The notes under the pieces were generated by a model that ran no database searches, was not told the DNA's origin, and saw only the letters and a list, made by a program, of their open reading frames with translations. Source: Nemertoderma westbladi (Eukaryota; Animalia; Xenacoelomorpha). Taken from it: a stretch of DNA of 64,000 nucleotides. The first letter of the stretch is position 1. Every line of letters starts with the position of its first letter. Position numbers and translations under genes: made by a program. Shown here one piece after another: positions 58,960 through 64,000 of this stretch. The stretch lies in contig JAUCBJ010001939.1 in assembly GCA_032718475.1 (NCBI GenBank), forward strand, positions 9,210 through 73,209, read 5' to 3'.

Positions 58960-59878
58960 GGGGGGGGGGGGGGTACCCCCTCCTTGGGTCAAATTTTCAC
59001 ATTTTGGGTTTTCTATTTCATCTGATGCAGAATTTAATGGGGAGTTCAAATCTTGAAACAGTTTGGCGGGATCTTTTTTAGTTCTCGAGTTATCGCTGTC
59101 TTTCCGTCTTTCAGTTTGTCCGTCAAAATTTAGGAGACAGACAGACAGACATGCTGTCAGACAGACATATTAGATGCCACCAAACATTAAATCAGACATC
59201 AGAAATGAAATCACCGACCCCGAAAACCCCCATATTGATAATTTTAGTGAGTTGGTATGACGACATAGTGTCAAACATTACTGACCGTTAACAGACTACA
59301 GACAGTCAGGTTTGAGCGGGAAGGTTCAAATTTTAAAGCAAATTATCTCGGAATTACATTTCACGATATTTCTATTTTTCAAAATACTACTCCTCCGCCA
59401 TTTTTGAACCAATTTTCATAATTTTTTTATACATTGGTGCTGCATCTGTCAGTAATAAAACATATTTGCCACATTTTTTAATTTTTATTCCTAACTGCTC
59501 CAATGTGGCATTTTTCATGATAAAACCCATATTTTTAAGTGAAAAATAATATTTCTAATTATAAAATGAAAATTAAATCGAAATTTTATTTTCTGCCAAG
59601 TATGTTTCATGTGCAGAACCGTCCTGAGGAAAATAGTGTTAATTTCACCAAATTTGGACCAAAACTGACGGTAGAGTAGCGTTTTAAGTGAATTTTGCAT
59701 TTGCGCACCTGCCCGCTAGAGGGCGACGTAAAATTACAAATATTTTGTTTATGATCATTATTTGACCTCCCTGTGGTTGCTCGAACCCCACAAAAGATAC
59801 ATAGTTACATTCAAAGTAGTAGTAATGGCCATGAAAATATAGGGTATTAAGGGGGGGTACCCCCCCCCCCCCCCCCCC
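58960..59878. mobile_element. Non-autonomous DNA transposon with TTAA target duplication (Kolobok-like)
   Basis: TTAA|G(n)TACCCC at left and GGGGTAC(C)n|TTAA at right form TIRs flanked by TTAA; purine start fits Kolobok rather than piggyBac. Confidence 0.6.
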
Positions 59879-60814
59879 TTAAGGAAGCCGGGTTTATAGT
59901 TTGGTTAGGGGTAGTAGTAGGTAGGCCCCGGGGAGGGAAGTAACCAGCCAGCTAGTGGTAGCAGATAGTTGTGGCACGGTGTGCAGGTGACGCACAATGG
60001 GATCAACCGCGTGATGCCTGTAGGCATGAGAAGATCAAAGGGATACCGCCTAGTTATGTAGAGTGAGTAGCTATGGAGTATTTTGGGTGAAAGGATTAAG
60101 TCACTGATACAACTCCTAGGTATGGTGATGGTGGGCGATATGTATTCTTACGAATTATAAAATCTGATATATATTTATAGAAATATTATATACATGAATA
60201 TTTAAAGCTTTCTTTCATAATAATAAAAGCAGTTTTAAATTTTTGTAGACAGTAAAGAACAAAATATCTAAACAATTTATATTATTTCTAGCTACTTCAT
60301 TATTAGCTTGGGGGAAAGGAACAGTTAATTAATAAAGTTGTACATTGTTCTAACTAAATTACTAAACGATAATTAGTAATCGATTACATTGAAACTTTCA
60401 TTAATACGAAATTGATTTAAGTATAATGAAAAAAGATGTCACAGCAATTTAGCCAGCCAACAGCTATACTTGGGTCGATTTCAGCTAGATTGCGTTTTCA
60501 TTTTGATCTGGGAAAATCTTGGAATTGATGCCGCCAACACTTTTCGGTTAAGCTAAAACCCACGACGAACCATAAGATTTCCACGAAATGTCACGTCAAG
60601 GTAACATACATAGCCACCCAGACCCCCTCCACATCCCTCCCCCTCCCACATACACACCCACCCCCTCCCCTGCCCTACATGAACTACAGTGGTTTGTTGC
60701 AGTTGCCTTTGGTATTTGGAAAGTTAGTGTAGTAGGGATTCAAATTTTTTGTGAAAATATGGACTTGGTTGAGGAATATCTAAGAGAAAGTTTTCTTTCT
60801 ATTTGGCAAGCAAA

Positions 60815-61018
60815 TTAACCGTGGGCCGAAGCCTGAGGCGACCCGAAGACTCCTCTATAGGTGCTCCCCGAAAGGACTGTAGGTTTGCTCCCACTAATTC
60901 AACTGGTTGCCATTTTATCAACCCTTGGGGATGAAGTGCTGAGTGGACACTACCAGTGCTCGAACCTACAACCATTAATTAGATTGCTGGCCCGACTCTC
61001 AACCAACTCAGCTACCCC
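60815..61018 (-). mobile_element. tRNA-derived SINE (family B) with Nin/Deu-like core
   Basis: Minus strand GGGGTAGCTGAGTTGG (A box), GGTTCGAGC (B box), then ctcagcacttcatcc..gggttgataaaatggcaaccag core. Confidence 0.65.
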
Positions 61019-61473
61019 GCCTTCTTTCTATTTAATAAACACCATATTTTGGAACATTACGTTTATTTGTAAATAGCTACGGTTTAGTTACAAAAGATAA
61101 CTAACGGTAATCAGCATTAAACGTCAGCTGGAGACAACACACGACGAACACCGAGCTTTGACACACTACAACCTTGCCGGAACTACTAGTAGTACTGCAG
61201 TAATTGCTGAAATATCGATGGAGACACTTTTTTAATACTTTTATTGAAAGCAAAAATAACAATTTTGTCCCAGGAATTCAGACCCGAGTTCAGATCATTC
61301 CTTCACATTTCATGCACTCTTTCCCCCCCCCCCCCCCCCCCCCCTGGATACGCCCATGTGTGTGGACGTCTCCATATAATGTGTTTGTGTTCTATCTTTT
61401 AGTTGAAAAGGGTTAGCAATAATATTTTAACATTGATTTATTTATATTAATTTTGAGAACATTATAAAAAACG

Positions 61474-61542
61474 TTCTAAGATTCAGATAAAATTTTAATT
61501 CAATATATTATATTGAATTAAAATTTTATCTGAATCTTAGAA
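61474..61542. repeat. Perfect palindrome, 33-bp arms, 3-nt spacer
   Basis: ttctaagattcagataaaattttaattcaatat-att-atattgaattaaaattttatctgaatcttagaa. Confidence 0.95.
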
Positions 61543-61828
61543 ACTTTTTATTTGTATTGGCTTATTAAAATGTATACCGCTACCGGTATCTAAGTATTGT
61601 AGCGTGCCGTAGGACTACGACGTAGGCCTACCACAGTCTGACTGTACGGTACGTGGTCAAAATTGTAGGCTATTTCATATTTCAAAGTTTAATATTTATG
61701 AGATGATGATAAAAAAATTTATTTAGGGTCCTGTCTGAGCCGAATTAGGCGTAGCTGGAGCTGCATAGCACTGTCCAGCTGTCTGTAGCATAAGTCAAGG
61801 TCCTGCTGAGGATTGCTCCTTCACGATA

Positions 61829-63559
61829 ATGAAGACAAAACAACAAAGAAAAACCCAAAAGACCAACGAAAATGACAATGTAATTACGGGAGGCGAAGGG
61901 GACACTAGTGTATCCCGGCCACTGAACCAACAGTCAGCTTGCGAGCGACTGGGAAGAGCTATCGCTGACGGGGACCGAGCCACAGCTGTCTACCTCGTCG
62001 AACTGTTAGCCCGAGCCCATTGCGACCTAATCGTCCGTCCTCGCGTGGCGTCTAGTCGTCTACTCCCCGGGCCCCCGCTCCGTGTCCACGTGTGTGTGGA
62101 GGACCGGTACAAGTCAGGGGGGCGGGTCACTCTGGACCTGCAGTCTGGGACCTCGTTCGGTGGACTGCGGAGGCGCTTTGAGGAGGAGTTCGGATTCCCT
62201 TCCTCTATCCAGCGGTGGATCGTGGGACGCCGACTGCCGGGTGACGAGGAGACCATCGGGGAGATGGGGATACAGGGGGACGAGTTCACCGTCTATCTCT
62301 ATCTGGTGACGTCACCATCAGGGGAGGGGGGTGCTGCAGGGACCGCCCCACAAGAGGCCGCCAAGGCGCAGGATAAAGGGGAGACTCGCCCTCCAGGAGG
62401 CGCTAAAGTTCCGCCAACACAGACGGCAGTTCCCACGAGTCAGTTAGCCCGAACGCTGAACAGCGTTATAGCCGAGGGGTTTATGGGCGACACATCGTTA
62501 CTGGCGGAGAGACCCGGTCCGACGGTTAACGTTGTAGATGTGGAGCACCAGACGCCGCCCCAGTGGAGCAGCCCGGAGCCGGTGGGCTGGAGCTGCTCCC
62601 AGTGCTCCCTGATCAACCCGCCGACGCGGCCCACCTGCGAGGTCTGCTGGGCCGATCGGCCCACGGACTACCGGGCCCCCGAGGTCTACCTGGACGCGCT
62701 GCCCGAGCGGGAACGCATGCGGCTGGAGCAGGCCGAGATCGCGGAGCAGATGACCCGACAGATGTTAGAGAAGGAAGAGCGGTCGCAGCGGTTGGCGGCG
62801 GAGGAGAACCGACAGCGACTGGTTGCCGCGGCCGAACAGCCGCTCACCCGGGCCCCCGACCCCATCGAGTGCCCCATATGCTTCACGGAGGCCGAACCCG
62901 AGGAATCCGTCCTCCTACAGAACTGTTTGCACACATTCTGCCGAGATTGTCTCGCCGAACACATCCGGATCAACATCGACGCCGAGATTAAATGTCCGTT
63001 TCAGGACGACGACTATCAGTGCGATAAATCACTTCTAGAGAAGGAGATAAAGGCTTTGGTGAGCGACTTGGTGTTTATGAAGTTCTTAGAACGGAGTCTG
63101 GCTGTGGCCGAGGCCCAGGCGCCAGACAGTTTCCACTGCCAGACCAAAAACTGTCCGGGTTGGACGTTGTATGAGGACGAAGTGAACCTGTTCCAATGCG
63201 GTGTGTGCAACGTAGTGAACTGCATCACGTGCAAGGCGCAGCACGGCGGACAGAACTGCAAAGAGTTCCAGGAAGATCTTAAGGTTAAAGCTGAGAACGA
63301 TGAAGCGGCCAAGGCCACCAAACAGGCCTTGGACGATATGCTCGCCAAGGGGGAGGCCATGACGTGTCCGGGTTGCCAGATTATACTGCAGAAGAAGGCT
63401 GGCTGCGATTGGGTCATGTGTTCGGTGTGTAAGACTGAGTTGTGTTGGGCCACTAGGGGGCCCCGATGGGGGGCTGGGGGGAAGGGGGACACTAGCGGGG
63501 GCTGTCGGTGTCGTGTCGGTGGCAAGAGATGCGCCCCCAACTGCGGGAACTGCCATTAA
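61829..63559 (+). CDS. RBCK1: RBR E3 ubiquitin ligase HOIL-1 (LUBAC subunit), intronless CDS
   Basis: LUBAC-tethering helix (LGRAIADGD...LA), UBL (FGFP...QRWIVG), NZF (WSC..CS.IN.PTRP.CE.C), RING1-IBR-RING2 (GCDW..C..C.TE.CW.TRGPRWG) and the HOIL-specific CRCR..G..C.P.C.NCH end. Confidence 0.94.
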   Translation: MKTKQQRKTQKTNENDNVITGGEGDTSVSRPLNQQSACERLGRAIADGDRATAVYLVELLARAHCDLIVRPRVASSRLLPGPPLRVHVCVEDRYKSGGRVTLDLQSGTSFGGLRRRFEEEFGFPSSIQRWIVGRRLPGDEETIGEMGIQGDEFTVYLYLVTSPSGEGGAAGTAPQEAAKAQDKGETRPPGGAKVPPTQTAVPTSQLARTLNSVIAEGFMGDTSLLAERPGPTVNVVDVEHQTPPQWSSPEPVGWSCSQCSLINPPTRPTCEVCWADRPTDYRAPEVYLDALPERERMRLEQAEIAEQMTRQMLEKEERSQRLAAEENRQRLVAAAEQPLTRAPDPIECPICFTEAEPEESVLLQNCLHTFCRDCLAEHIRINIDAEIKCPFQDDDYQCDKSLLEKEIKALVSDLVFMKFLERSLAVAEAQAPDSFHCQTKNCPGWTLYEDEVNLFQCGVCNVVNCITCKAQHGGQNCKEFQEDLKVKAENDEAAKATKQALDDMLAKGEAMTCPGCQIILQKKAGCDWVMCSVCKTELCWATRGPRWGAGGKGDTSGGCRCRVGGKRCAPNCGNCH

Positions 63560-64000
63560 CGCGTTGCTCGCCTTTATTATTATCCACCTTCGCGTTCTCA
63601 AACTCTTCGTTAATTGTTTCATTTTGTAGACTAATATTTTATATCTCTATTGGGTTTTGATTATATTGGATTATAATTGTCAATCTTTAGATCCTGGAGA
63701 TCAAAGGCTGATGTGTAAATTAACATTTCAAATCTAAATAATTATCATTGTTGTGTCATTCTCAGAATGATGCAAAAAATAGGCTGAACCCGTGATTATG
63801 AATTCCCGGTCCTACTAAAAACCCCAATTTAGTGCATCTAGTTGCTATTTTCAAGCAGACGCATTGTCTAGTGACGACATTCCTGGGCTTCCAATTAGGA
63901 GGCCCCGATTCCATCCCTTGCTGCCTTGACCGGGCAGAGCTGTTTCTACACCAAAATATGGCAAAATGGCGAATTTCACGAAAAAAATGACGAATTAGGT

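Noticed and set aside
61990-63622. Antisense and alternate-frame ORFs over RBCK1 (similarly over EXOSC3 and the RTs)
   Set aside because: Expected shadows of GC-rich coding sequence.

Overview
AT-rich invertebrate (metazoan) genomic DNA, not prokaryotic. Bases 1-~5020 are the right-hand part of a Polinton/Maverick endogenous DNA virus: a DEDD-like exonuclease ORF, basic core protein, double-jelly-roll major capsid protein, adenain-like protease, repeat-rich subterminal DNA and a probable terminus. From 12438 a glycogen phosphorylase gene runs on the + strand. I could trace 13 exons with GT-AG junctions up to 52327; its C-terminal exons are not in the window. Its introns carry five unrelated tandem arrays, several LINEs/SINEs/MITEs and whole genes. 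EXOSC3/RRP40 (-), SEC61G (-) and an SLC25A29-like carrier (+) sit in a 21.4-kb intron. A PPM1A/B-like PP2C (-) and RBCK1/HOIL-1 (+) follow the last visible exon and are probably nested too. Most notable: the multi-gene nesting including the glycogen-linked ligase HOIL-1, a minisatellite built from an exon end plus splice donor, two LINE RTs with long insertions just before the catalytic YxDD, and a motif shared between the Polinton subterminus and a dispersed MITE-like family. All family calls come from motif recognition; no database search was run.
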